64,000 nucleotides of DNA from a virus: IMG/VR virus record IMGVR_UViG_3300030117_007673, positions 1 to 64,000 of that record. One strand, written 5' to 3'. Each line of letters opens with the position of its first letter. Within the stretch, counting starts at the first letter, position 1. Below, one piece after another: positions 38,801 through 48,271 of the stretch. The translations under genes and the position numbers were made by a program. The notes under the pieces were generated by a model. It was given only the letters and a program-made list of their open reading frames with translations. It was not told where the DNA came from and did no database searches.

Positions 38801-40107
38801 GCCCCGAATTAGATACGATACTTAAATATTATGTGAATACAGGCGGCGCTTCAACACCAAAATCACACACCTTTGACTTAAACAGTTCAAAGAACACTTC
38901 CCTTACGTATTTTAAAGGTTATGAATCACAAATACCAAATCAAATAAAAGCATTGATTCTTTTCATGACAAATGCAGTGACGTATAAATACCCAGGTATA
39001 GATACCACATCTTATGCGAACGACTTAAGAATTGACATAAATCGTTTGATGGGCGGGTTACGAAAAAGGGACAATTGGACTAAGCAATCATCCTTTCCGT
39101 TTTTTTATTACAACTTTTATAACATAAACGAAATTCAATATATTAATGGATATGACAGATACCCCCTTGCTAATATGGCTATTCGTAGACGATACAACAT
39201 GAAAGCTCCATTGTGGAGGACAATGAATGGAAATAGTTTCAGAGCCCTCGAGACAAATTTGAATAATGCAGGTGACGTTACTTTATGTCGACAAATTCCA
39301 TATAAAAATCCATCTCTTGGATTGCCAGACTTTCCAAATATAGATATTCAAACTTATAATGAACATTTCTTTTTGGAAAACACTCCTTATCCAAAAATAG
39401 ATCAGAGAGAGGCCCTCGAGGCTATGAGGCAAGATATTCAAGATTCACCTCCCCCTACAGAAAACAGACTCGTGATAACTAAGGATATATCAAATATCTT
39501 ACAGGAGGCGGTCGAGCGAGCCCTAGGGGAGCAATTATCACAAGGCGCTATCGAGTCAATAAATCAAAACGTTAAGGCGCTGGGAGGAAACGTGTTTCGA
39601 GCTTTTGAATTTGAAGCCGGCTTAGATTTGTCGTTAACTCAAGAACAAGCACTGCAGTTAACGAATGCAGACGGTAAATTTAATTTTGAACCATTTCCGA
39701 TTAATGAAACTATAGATTATATTATAAAAAACGTAGACTTGACGACTTCTACTCTTGAGTTTTTACGTATGAAATCTATTGAAGCAGGCGGAAATCCGGT
39801 AGCATTCCACAATCATCTTTATGAAGAATTTGAAAGAAGAGTTGCAGCTACTGGTGCAGCCCCACCAAAAATATCGAGCGGTACGGAATTTTTGAGAGGT
39901 GACGTTCTTTCATGGGTGACCGAAGCCCTCCATCCAGCCGTCGCCCAACATCCAAACGCCAAAGCTCTTCCGTTTTCAGCCGAGATATTAGCAAGAATCG
40001 TAGACAAAGCCATTAAGGATAACTATGGTTATAACGGTGCAGCTAGGAAACAAGTGCAGGATGGAATGGCAGCTGAGAATACTTGGTGGCAGAATAGTCC
40101 GTATTAA
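35887..40107 (+). CDS. Large hypothetical virion-associated protein (about 1406 aa)
   Basis: Long ORF whose ATG overlaps the previous stop (TAATG). Inside the structural module. Confidence 0.65.
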   Translation: MAIEIKEDFSSYFQDALPEASVEKVTIAAGGPPSVEQLKMIWSEDPHVKSERRGFIIEQLKGRSHTSGVPDDKNVHVELQLTMNALIPKAKDIFASFIYNEEFFKYFRVFVISNENMETYEKVLATSVHEPLKQIKQLRDQSVFKDLFQYGGSDANPTVTLKPIEELGTRVQTYSPSREAVDSVDHTSRGARATGLNKKTDNDGNTIISIPMDFDFKYNSDPYHLSYFTITMLDINEIQKDYPDIDSLDLEFVSRVIPTLVLAEGKVPTKRPIYKIIPIGTDLGKYPKQPRIWSGPVHQMPDGTWMTGRSHSPARTFGQVYEYERGAAEVRLLKGSMPLERIEIDVSNIQDFRIITSNIDTMSEFLDEEIGGQYQARGLGRLQQGDIKYLTNDRADVEESVPYFSDLYSSKDYQYDSCVRLFFSMDYQSLIEDLGIFSSFLRGDIIFSSSKVEKNFYRNILNNSQLLSLKVVRKRVKLEHSGINKLGYPALEDFDEEETPTLVASYPPNPELIPKIRRVNLASLGGATESLNDPYLKHFSVLDTEISGVSYGNYIYGVELEAVDGTVKVLSNILNSILDDYNMIKKYYELASSGNEYGPYYSNKTKKFQSSFKAVSDTTVAVSLNFYTNYLNKWALLSGQKKARSRNKLKPEDIAETARAMLASTDSTNGSLKGIESVMNHMERTYKQLEKILDGAVSGPVKKTPVDDGSGTTAAHFKSDATRTIKIRKWFSDLDEVVDVDVPKNTGYEFLSGGGLMQFLITRNGIPGLVSMTPEAYKNRILAETKKHFKDVNIETANAWMIKTDGTRALADSVSFSMGQTKWGYLTPGVAFFRNKIISLVDTDDVFINAGMYDNDIYYEVLLNSLRYNNSLDISKEPFGLNNNDEFISSFPIEKQKIRGGLIDLLAANNCTVSSMKEFKNNKEDLVNLSAARSLNTSKPTPGEKIFSQLANQLSPIYKNVDPFAVNDHDPSPELDTILKYYVNTGGASTPKSHTFDLNSSKNTSLTYFKGYESQIPNQIKALILFMTNAVTYKYPGIDTTSYANDLRIDINRLMGGLRKRDNWTKQSSFPFFYYNFYNINEIQYINGYDRYPLANMAIRRRYNMKAPLWRTMNGNSFRALETNLNNAGDVTLCRQIPYKNPSLGLPDFPNIDIQTYNEHFFLENTPYPKIDQREALEAMRQDIQDSPPPTENRLVITKDISNILQEAVERALGEQLSQGAIESINQNVKALGGNVFRAFEFEAGLDLSLTQEQALQLTNADGKFNFEPFPINETIDYIIKNVDLTTSTLEFLRMKSIEAGGNPVAFHNHLYEEFERRVAATGAAPPKISSGTEFLRGDVLSWVTEALHPAVAQHPNAKALPFSAEILARIVDKAIKDNYGYNGAARKQVQDGMAAENTWWQNSPY

Positions 40108-40157
40108 TGGTACAATATGTACGATACTCATAATTACTTAGACAAGGGAAAATAGAT

Positions 40158-43100
40158 TTGAGCGACGAAACAAAAGAAGAAAAAGAAATTACTGAAGGCA
40201 CAAATCTGCTTGTTCCGGACAAACTTACTTATTTTGATGATGATTTCAGACACTTATATGACTTTAAAAAAGAGAATTATGATTACCCAACTTTATTAGT
40301 ACCAAAACTTGATATTGGCTATCTAGGTGGGCCAAACGCGCCGATGTACGAAAAACAGGAAATGTATGTACAAAAGTTCAACTCTCACTCCGAAGATCCG
40401 GTAAGAACATATTTAGGAAAAATCTGGGTTCATTCAAACAATCAGGGTTTAGTTTTTTTCAAAGAACTTACTGATCCAAATTTTAATGGAGTTACACCGC
40501 TTAAAGATTATCACATATCGACTTACGCCCTAGCCCCTATTGGGCAGGCGGGAATGTTTATTAGAAAGGAAATGTTGACCATAAATTATGATGGTCCTTT
40601 GCCAGCTGAAAAAAATGCGCAAATGTATACGAGAATAAAGAATCAAGCACAAGTCGGCTCACAAAAGTACCATGTAGATTTCACTTCAGAGCACACAATG
40701 CCTTACAAATATGAGGAGCTTGAAGATATATCTAATGCTATAGGGACAAAAGCTGCGTATGTTAAGACAGATTCCACTTACAATTATCATATTCCAGCAT
40801 ATGAAAATTTAATAAGCACGCCAGGAAAGTTCAAGTTTCCACCGGATTTTTATAATTCAGATGGCTTGGAAGATTTTATTGAAAAGATACTGCCAGATAT
40901 ACAAACAGGTATAGTCGATAATGTTTCAGCAGACATGTCTCAAGCAGTAAATTCTCAAGGCTTCAAAGTTACCACAAGTAATATACTTTTAACAGACTTA
41001 CATTTGACTTTAGCTGATTATATTCAAGGCATGTTTAAAAATAGTTTAACTGATAAGGGGAAGTTAAAAAGAAACGTTAACAAGCCAAAATTCGGTTCTA
41101 AGAATGGGCTAGATGTTGAAAATGAAGGTCGATATTTTGAAATTTGGACAAAAGTGGTCAAAAAGATTTTAGAAAAAAGCCCAGAGATAGCAACAAGTCC
41201 AGCTTCTTTAACGAGAGTCATGAAGCTGTTTAGTATATATAAAACCAAAATATTGCCCGCAGCTACAGTGCCGTTATTAAACGAATATAATGGAAGAAAA
41301 TATCTTTATCCAATGTTTAACGAAATAGAATTTTCTACAGATACCAAAACCAGGCTTGCAGATCTTTTATCAGAGTTTAATCTTGGCTATTCAGTACTAA
41401 AATCTATTCGACAGGGTATTAATGGCGATCTGCAAGATTTTCCATCCACAACTGCTAGAGGAAATATTGACTTTCAACTGTCTGATAGTGCTTATGTGAC
41501 ATCTAAAGATAAAATTATGGTATATGGGCCTTCTCGAGAGTTCGCAGAGAAAGTAGGTCGGGAGTTGTTTTCTTTTAGGTTTCTTGATACCTCTAATGAT
41601 GATTGGATAGACGGATATTTAAAACCGAATTATGATTTTTATGCTTATGTTGATAGTGATAAATATAAAATAGCAGGATCATGGCCATTCACAGATCATG
41701 CTTTGTTATTGAAGCCTGACTCCTACCCAATACAAAGCCCTCCTAATTCAGTCGAATTACAAATGACAGATTTGGATAATATAGACAATAAACTTTTTAA
41801 GACCATTTATACAACAGTTTTTAAAAAGAGGCTTCAAGCTCTTATCCAAGAAAAGACCAGATCGTTTGAAGACATTTTGAATGGTAAAAAAGCTTATACT
41901 GAAACAATTGCATATAGAATTGAAAAATGGTCAGTAAAAGATGAACAACCGGATGAATTTATTCAAGATGTGTTGTTACAAAATACTAGTGAAATTGATG
42001 TTTTGAATTATGTCGATACACAAGTTAGATACGAAATACCTTACATATATAAAATATATTCTTGGAACGCGATATTTGGAACACAATATAGATATGCGCT
42101 AGCATCACCAGACCCCAACGATATGCAGCCAGAAGAAGCAAGTCAATCAAACAGTTCCCTTATCGGTATGATGGGGGTCATTCAAAATGCAGTTGTAGAA
42201 GCTGAACAAGAAGGTAAACTTCTGGAAGATGTTTATAGGAGAGCAGCACATTTGTTGGTCGCAGATCTAGCACAGAGGCTTTGGTTTAAAAAGAATCTCT
42301 CATCAAGCTACACCACTGGGGATTCGGATATGCCACCTTGGCAGCTTTCACCTGCAGATTTGGAGCTTTTGGATACTATAGCATGTGGCGCGCCGGTTGA
42401 TTATGAAAACAACTTCCCTGTTGGCTTCACAGGCGGCTCAATGCAATGCACGCATTCAAATGCTAGCAATTATTCATTGCCAGGGGTTAACAATATGGCA
42501 GGTTGTTGTACAAAATATAATGATTCTGATTTAAATACTTTTGAAAATGAACTATTTTCCCTATATTGTGATCATATGGACAATGCCCTAGGTAAGTCGG
42601 GAGATAAATTTAAATTTTCTTACGAGGACGCTCATTTCTCAATCGACTATAAAGATTATGGAAACGGAGACCCATATCAGGATATATTTTCAGCCACACT
42701 AAATTCTATCATAGCTCGGAGAGTTAGTTGGATGATAGAAAATGGGGTGACAATAGAAGCAACAGCGGACAACAACACCAGCCTTACAACTGCAGGTGTT
42801 TCTGGGGGCTTTGCTGATGGGCAGCAATTCCCATCTTGGTCTAAAAACAAAGGGTGGACTTCGGATCAACTCGATGCGCTTTCTAATCGTTGGGATGCGA
42901 TAAGAAATATAGTTGGAACAGTGGACAGCCCATGGTATGATAATACCCGCGTCAATAAGAAGTTTAATGTCGGGCAAGAAAGTAACACTGGCTTGTTTGG
43001 TATAGTTAGTGATAATTTCGCTGAATCAAAACTTGAGCAAGCGGGTAATTTTCCTGACAAATCGTTATCTTTTGACATTCCATTTGTTGATGCGTATAAA

Positions 43101-44252
43101 TTTTTAAGGGCGTTTGATTTGATGAAGTGTAAGCCCTACACTAGGGTCTTAGAGCCCGATACTGTACTCGGGTACAACCTTGGTAGTTCAGGTGATGAAG
43201 CTAAGTTTTACACCTTGTTTAACAGAGCTTTGATTCAATATGTCGCAGCGGTTGAAAAATATATTGAATTTAAAAACCCCGCACCCGCTCCGACGCCTCC
43301 AGCGGATCCTCCACAAGAACAACAGTTAGCAGAGTCTGGTACCACGAGTATCAAAGTCATTTCAAAACCGATAGTTAAAGTTGTGGAAATGCCTTATTTC
43401 ACGACTCCAGTTATGTCAGTTGAAGACTCGAATCCATTGTATCCAAATGTAGATATAATTCCATACAAAGGACACAATAACAAAATATTGATTAACCTTA
43501 ACTCTAACACTGGAGAGATAAGTGAACCACCAAATTTGTTTACTGAAAAAGGCATGAGAAATCTTTATAAAAAAGAATACGGAGAAAATTGGGAATCAAA
43601 ACGGATCGAATTCGCGCCGATCACTTTCAAGGGCGACGACGCGCCGAAAGAATTTATCATCAGAAAAAGAGATACAAGACCAAGCTCGATTGTAGATTTT
43701 AAAAGGGTAAATTCAAACGAAATTGTGTTGCCGTCAAATGGATATTCTGCAACATCTTTTGTTGACAATATTGTTCCGAATAAAAAATATTGGTACGGCT
43801 TTAGAACAAGAGATGTTCACAATCATGTTTCTAACATAGGGCCAATTTATCAAGTGGAGATGGTTGATACTGATGGTGCTATTTATTTATTAGTTGAAGT
43901 AATAGAACCCAAAGCAAAGGTTGAAAAAATTAAAACAAAGTCAGCAAGAAGATATCTCCAAGTACAACCTACAGTTCGCCATACTTTGCTAAATGAAGAG
44001 AAGACATTTGGAGAAGATATTGAAAATAAGAATGTTGTATCTGCAATTGGTAAAAAACCGGCTCTAGGAGATGCGTCTCCTTCGCTTTTCGACGCTGGCG
44101 AGACACAGAAGTTTAAAATAAGATTAACATCCAAGGACACAGGAAAGAAAATCGATCTAAATGTTAGGTTTGTTCATCAACATGAAAAAACTCCGACAGA
44201 GGAAAGTAATGATAAAAATACTAACTTAGATCCGGAAAATTCTAATGGGTAA
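40158..44252 (+). CDS. Large hypothetical virion-associated protein (1364 aa), possible Fn3-like strands
   Basis: YVDTQVRYEIPYIYKI and FVDNIVPNKKYWYGFR resemble Fn3-type 'xDxxVxxGxxYxY' motifs. TTG start. Confidence 0.6.
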   Translation: MSDETKEEKEITEGTNLLVPDKLTYFDDDFRHLYDFKKENYDYPTLLVPKLDIGYLGGPNAPMYEKQEMYVQKFNSHSEDPVRTYLGKIWVHSNNQGLVFFKELTDPNFNGVTPLKDYHISTYALAPIGQAGMFIRKEMLTINYDGPLPAEKNAQMYTRIKNQAQVGSQKYHVDFTSEHTMPYKYEELEDISNAIGTKAAYVKTDSTYNYHIPAYENLISTPGKFKFPPDFYNSDGLEDFIEKILPDIQTGIVDNVSADMSQAVNSQGFKVTTSNILLTDLHLTLADYIQGMFKNSLTDKGKLKRNVNKPKFGSKNGLDVENEGRYFEIWTKVVKKILEKSPEIATSPASLTRVMKLFSIYKTKILPAATVPLLNEYNGRKYLYPMFNEIEFSTDTKTRLADLLSEFNLGYSVLKSIRQGINGDLQDFPSTTARGNIDFQLSDSAYVTSKDKIMVYGPSREFAEKVGRELFSFRFLDTSNDDWIDGYLKPNYDFYAYVDSDKYKIAGSWPFTDHALLLKPDSYPIQSPPNSVELQMTDLDNIDNKLFKTIYTTVFKKRLQALIQEKTRSFEDILNGKKAYTETIAYRIEKWSVKDEQPDEFIQDVLLQNTSEIDVLNYVDTQVRYEIPYIYKIYSWNAIFGTQYRYALASPDPNDMQPEEASQSNSSLIGMMGVIQNAVVEAEQEGKLLEDVYRRAAHLLVADLAQRLWFKKNLSSSYTTGDSDMPPWQLSPADLELLDTIACGAPVDYENNFPVGFTGGSMQCTHSNASNYSLPGVNNMAGCCTKYNDSDLNTFENELFSLYCDHMDNALGKSGDKFKFSYEDAHFSIDYKDYGNGDPYQDIFSATLNSIIARRVSWMIENGVTIEATADNNTSLTTAGVSGGFADGQQFPSWSKNKGWTSDQLDALSNRWDAIRNIVGTVDSPWYDNTRVNKKFNVGQESNTGLFGIVSDNFAESKLEQAGNFPDKSLSFDIPFVDAYKFLRAFDLMKCKPYTRVLEPDTVLGYNLGSSGDEAKFYTLFNRALIQYVAAVEKYIEFKNPAPAPTPPADPPQEQQLAESGTTSIKVISKPIVKVVEMPYFTTPVMSVEDSNPLYPNVDIIPYKGHNNKILINLNSNTGEISEPPNLFTEKGMRNLYKKEYGENWESKRIEFAPITFKGDDAPKEFIIRKRDTRPSSIVDFKRVNSNEIVLPSNGYSATSFVDNIVPNKKYWYGFRTRDVHNHVSNIGPIYQVEMVDTDGAIYLLVEVIEPKAKVEKIKTKSARRYLQVQPTVRHTLLNEEKTFGEDIENKNVVSAIGKKPALGDASPSLFDAGETQKFKIRLTSKDTGKKIDLNVRFVHQHEKTPTEESNDKNTNLDPENSNG

Positions 44253-44290
44253 TAATTAATTTAAGATTTATGTCAATTTCGTTTTATAAT

Positions 44291-44298
44291 ACTAATTA
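44291..44298 (+). promoter_or_regulatory. Putative late-promoter motif ACTAATTA
   Basis: Intergenic, upstream of the aaggag RBS of gene 44322. Confidence 0.5.
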
Positions 44299-44321
44299 TA
44301 AGAGAATAAAAGGAGAAAATT

Positions 44322-45353
44322 ATGGCTTTTCTTGACAACAGTGGCGACATTATTCTAGACGCCGTTTTGACAGATACTGGACGTATGCGACTGGCCAGAG
44401 GTGATGGCACCTTCAAGATTGCAAAATTCGCTTTGGGTGACGATGAGATTAACTATGAACTTTATAATAAAAATCATCCGAGCGGAAGTGCTTATTATGA
44501 TCTCGATATTCTCCAAACTCCAGTGTTAGAAGCTTTTACGAATAATACATCAATGATGAACTCAAAGTTGATGTCAATTCCTAGAACAAATCTATTGTAT
44601 CTTCCAATAATGAAGCTTTTTAGAGAAGGCAACTCAGCAACAAACGTTGCAAATGCATTGGCTGGAACCAACGGCAAATTTATAGTCGCCGTTGATGAGC
44701 AGTCAGCTAACACAACTGATGGTACATCTCCTCCTGGAAAGGGCTTGATGGCCAAAGGCACCAATGCTCCAGGTGGTGTTATTGACGGTTTTGGAACACA
44801 ACCGGGCGGAACTACTGCTTTCATTAGAGTCGACCAAGGATTGGATACAACTGAAATCAACCCCAACTTTAGCCTTGCTCAGGACTTAGTTGAGACTCAA
44901 TATATGATACAAATGGATAATAGATTAGGCTACATGGTTTCTGCGGGTCCAGTTGGCGGCGGCCAAGCAGGGTTACAGAATTATTCTGCAGGTACGGCTA
45001 ACAGCCCAGCAAAAGTTAGCTTTATTGATGATGATAATATCGCAACATACTATGTCAACCTTAGCACAGACCCTCAGTTTGTCGCAGATCTACAAAGCTG
45101 GACAGAAACTAACACTACCTCAATCGAAGGTCCCAGAGGAACTGCGTTAGTGTTTTCAATTAACTCCCAATTACAGCTTCGCCAAAGTGATTATCTTTTT
45201 GGCAAATTAGGAAAAAAGAGTCAGACCTGGACTGTTGATAGTACAGCCCTCACAGTTCATTATATTGACACGACAATTCGTGTAATGGGGGCGACAACAG
45301 GGTATAAGATCGATATTCCTGTTCGATATATGAAATATGTATCAGGTCACTAA
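44322..45353 (+). CDS. Virion baseplate/tail structural protein
   Basis: N-terminal LTDTGRMRLARG...IAKFALGDD resembles the start of P2 gpH/DUF3751-type domains. Strong RBS. Confidence 0.6.
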   Translation: MAFLDNSGDIILDAVLTDTGRMRLARGDGTFKIAKFALGDDEINYELYNKNHPSGSAYYDLDILQTPVLEAFTNNTSMMNSKLMSIPRTNLLYLPIMKLFREGNSATNVANALAGTNGKFIVAVDEQSANTTDGTSPPGKGLMAKGTNAPGGVIDGFGTQPGGTTAFIRVDQGLDTTEINPNFSLAQDLVETQYMIQMDNRLGYMVSAGPVGGGQAGLQNYSAGTANSPAKVSFIDDDNIATYYVNLSTDPQFVADLQSWTETNTTSIEGPRGTALVFSINSQLQLRQSDYLFGKLGKKSQTWTVDSTALTVHYIDTTIRVMGATTGYKIDIPVRYMKYVSGH

Positions 45354-45378
45354 TAACATTTAAACAAGGTAAGGAAAT

Positions 45379-46521
45379 ATGGCAACCACATTTAAAACTT
45401 TTTCAAGTAACGATATCGTAAGCACTAGAACTCTTCTTCATGAAGCAATTCCAATGACTGGTACGATTGTTTCTGGTACTTATGGAACGTTCCCAAATGA
45501 GGAAAATATTAAGAATTATTCTCACAAGTATTTCCAATCCGTCTATGATTATCCATATTTAAGTTCTTCAGCTAATCATATTATGGATATTTCATTTGGT
45601 TATGGTGCAGGTTCTGTATATTCTGCTTCCGCTGGAGATGGCGGTTCTACCACAGCACAAAATAAAAAACATAACATTTATTATCAAATGGCACAACTTC
45701 TTATGGGCCATGAATCAGATGGCACTATTAAACAATTTAAGGTTCCAGGAAGTGCGGTAGTGATGGACACTGCCATTTTTGTAACTTTTTCAAGATTGCT
45801 GGTAAAAGACGAAATTAAGAAGGGTTCATTTAATTTTCGTTTTGCCACCAGTTCTGCTTATGATAATGATTTTGATAATGTTAGAAAATGGGCAGACACA
45901 AATGCATCGAATAATTTTTACACAGATTCCCCAGCTGGTGAATATGCAATTTTGACTTCATCAACCCATCGTGGTGACGACCCTTGGCTAGGCGGTGGTT
46001 CTGGAGAGGCTGGAGGTACAGAACAACCAGGCGGCGGCAATGGCTACAACGGTCTAGCACAAGGCTTGTTATTTTATCAAGCAGGAATTATGGTTCTGTC
46101 TGGATCTCGGCATCTTTTTAATCTTATGACAGGCAGTGTTCAAGCCGGCGCTCCTCAAGACAACGCGGCCAACCCGGGCACCTTCAACGCCATGGTAACC
46201 GGTTCTGAAATATCAGAAATTGCAGACGCTATTAGACATAGAATTGATTATATTTCATTCAACAACACAACAGAGTTGAACTCTACTATTCATTTCTGCC
46301 GTGTCAACCATAACGATTTTAATTATAGCGCAAATCCAACTTATTTAAGTGCCAGCAAAATCAGAATCAAAGACTCTGCATTGGATCAATCCGCTACATA
46401 CGTTACGACTGTTGGTTTATATTCTGCTGACAATGAATTGCTGGCTGCAGCTAAACTTTCTGAACCTCTAAAGAAAACTCCAGACAACGAGATGACACTT
46501 AGGGTTCGTTTGGACTACTAA
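45379..46521 (+). CDS. Virion structural protein, tail-collar (DUF3751-like) C-terminal motif
   Basis: C-terminal TYVTTVGLYSADNELLAAAKLSEPLKK...RVRLDY. Paralog of the next gene. Confidence 0.6.
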   Translation: MATTFKTFSSNDIVSTRTLLHEAIPMTGTIVSGTYGTFPNEENIKNYSHKYFQSVYDYPYLSSSANHIMDISFGYGAGSVYSASAGDGGSTTAQNKKHNIYYQMAQLLMGHESDGTIKQFKVPGSAVVMDTAIFVTFSRLLVKDEIKKGSFNFRFATSSAYDNDFDNVRKWADTNASNNFYTDSPAGEYAILTSSTHRGDDPWLGGGSGEAGGTEQPGGGNGYNGLAQGLLFYQAGIMVLSGSRHLFNLMTGSVQAGAPQDNAANPGTFNAMVTGSEISEIADAIRHRIDYISFNNTTELNSTIHFCRVNHNDFNYSANPTYLSASKIRIKDSALDQSATYVTTVGLYSADNELLAAAKLSEPLKKTPDNEMTLRVRLDY

Positions 46522-46522
46522 A

Positions 46523-47716
46523 ATGCCGTACTACAAATTTGGGCCAGATGATATATTCCATAATAGGATAAAGGCTCATCCTAAGTGCGAATTTTTTGTA
46601 TATGATAGCCGCATATATTATAACAGCATTCCTAAAATAAGTGGTAGTCGAGTCGAGGAGATAACACATGCTCCAGATAGCGGTTTTGTTAGCTTGTATG
46701 AGATCAACATTGATCGAAACCCTTCTAATTTGATTTATCCTTTTGTTACAAAAGATGGAACACTGTCTGCCTTTAAATCTGTTTCTGTAACGACTCTTAA
46801 CGCAACTGATTATGGGGATGAATTTCAAGGCACATATCCTCAAACTGCAAGTATAAAGAGGGAATATTTTGTAGAAGGAAAACCAGATATTGGAGACAGA
46901 GATTATGGCAAATATCTTAATAAAAGTCACCTTGCAGCTCTGAAAAACACATTTAATGAATATGTTTACTTAAGCCCTCATTATGAATATGATTCAGAAA
47001 CTTGGAACAAAGGCCAACAAGCGTTAAGTTTAATAAGCATACCTTCGATATTTTATGGCTCTTCAATCAAAAAGGGCTCTGTAGATCTTAAATTTTATGT
47101 ATCCGGTTCATTGACAGGGCACCTTATAGACGAAGCAAAAAATGGCGAGTTAGTGCAAGTTGGCCCATATGGCAGCAATGGTTCTGGAAGTGTAGCAGGT
47201 GTTGTGTTATACAATGAAGGTTTCCTCGCGTTAACTGGCGCTTGGACTTTAGATTTTAATCACACAGACCAATACATTGGAACTGATTCTTATAATCCCA
47301 AATGGATATATTTCGGTGTCGGTGCTCAAGATGGTAAAGCTCCAGGCACCGTTCCATCTTCAAGTTTTTCAATTGCTTTTTCGGGAACAAATTATATCCC
47401 AACTGTAACAATGTTGGCCCATGCTCCAAAAGGAAAATTAAACCATTCCAACAATCCAACTTATGTATCTTTTGACAGTGTAATAACTTCAGGCTCCAGC
47501 GAAGTTCATTATAACGAGCCTGATAAAATGGAAATTAAAAATATTGTTTCAAGTTCTCATTGTGATCACACTGCATCATTTGAGAAACAAACTTTTATTT
47601 CACAAGTAGGTCTTTATGATGAAGACAAAAACTTGATCGGAATTGCCAAACTTGCAACTCCAGTGAGAAAAAGACATGAAGATGAATTTACTTTTAAACT
47701 TAAGCTAGATTTTTAG
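46523..47716 (+). CDS. Virion structural protein, paralog of 45379..46521
   Basis: Shared IKKGS, G..LY..G, N[HY]S.NPTY and SQVGLYDEDKNLIGIAKLATPVRK...KLKLDF. Confidence 0.6.
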   Translation: MPYYKFGPDDIFHNRIKAHPKCEFFVYDSRIYYNSIPKISGSRVEEITHAPDSGFVSLYEINIDRNPSNLIYPFVTKDGTLSAFKSVSVTTLNATDYGDEFQGTYPQTASIKREYFVEGKPDIGDRDYGKYLNKSHLAALKNTFNEYVYLSPHYEYDSETWNKGQQALSLISIPSIFYGSSIKKGSVDLKFYVSGSLTGHLIDEAKNGELVQVGPYGSNGSGSVAGVVLYNEGFLALTGAWTLDFNHTDQYIGTDSYNPKWIYFGVGAQDGKAPGTVPSSSFSIAFSGTNYIPTVTMLAHAPKGKLNHSNNPTYVSFDSVITSGSSEVHYNEPDKMEIKNIVSSSHCDHTASFEKQTFISQVGLYDEDKNLIGIAKLATPVRKRHEDEFTFKLKLDF

Positions 47717-47728
47717 TATAATAGATAA

Positions 47729-48265
47729 GTGATTTTAGGGTTAGATATATCAACGTCAATTACTGGCGCAACTGTCCTTGATTACAGCGGCCAAGTGTTG
47801 TATTGCGAGGCTTGGGATTTAAGAAACAAAAGATACTTCCCTAATCTTTTTGCAAAAGTGCAAAGATTTAAACAAGTGATGGGTAACTTGTATCAAATAA
47901 ATAAATACCCAATAGATTCAATATTCATTGAACAATCACTAATGGCTTTCAGGCCTGGTTTTTCTTCTGCAAAAACAATATTGACATTGGCTAAATTTAA
48001 TGGTATACTGTCTTATGTTTGTCAACAAGATTTTGGAGTGGAACCACAATATATTGGAGCGTCAACAGCAAGAAAGTCTTGCGGTATCAAGATCCCCAAA
48101 GGTGAGAAAGCAAAAGAAGTTGTTCTTCAATATGTTCTTGACAACGAGCCAAGCTTTGTGGTAGAATATACAAAACAAGGAAACCCAAAGCCCGGCTCTT
48201 ATGATCGGGCAGACAGTTTAATTATTGCGAAAGCAGGTTACAATTTATATAAACAAAAAAAGTGA
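47729..48265 (+). CDS. ruvC: RuvC-like Holliday junction resolvase
   Basis: ILGLDISTSITG, IFIEQ and DRADS supply the acidic catalytic residues. Confidence 0.8.
   Translation: MILGLDISTSITGATVLDYSGQVLYCEAWDLRNKRYFPNLFAKVQRFKQVMGNLYQINKYPIDSIFIEQSLMAFRPGFSSAKTILTLAKFNGILSYVCQQDFGVEPQYIGASTARKSCGIKIPKGEKAKEVVLQYVLDNEPSFVVEYTKQGNPKPGSYDRADSLIIAKAGYNLYKQKK
48138..48167 (+). promoter_or_regulatory. Sigma70-like promoter inside ruvC (TTGACA-18-TAGAAT, extended -10)
   Basis: ttgaca acgagccaagctttgtgg tagaat, pointing at the MTase-like and primase genes. Confidence 0.5.
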
Positions 48266-48271
48266 ACATTT

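Noticed and set aside
12044-47716. Bacterial eCIS/T6SS/tailocin locus
   Set aside because: Flanked by a gp55-like sigma, primase, RuvC and gp46/47-like genes with no cellular housekeeping genes, which fits a phage better. Capsid and terminase are not in the window, so this is not fully excluded.
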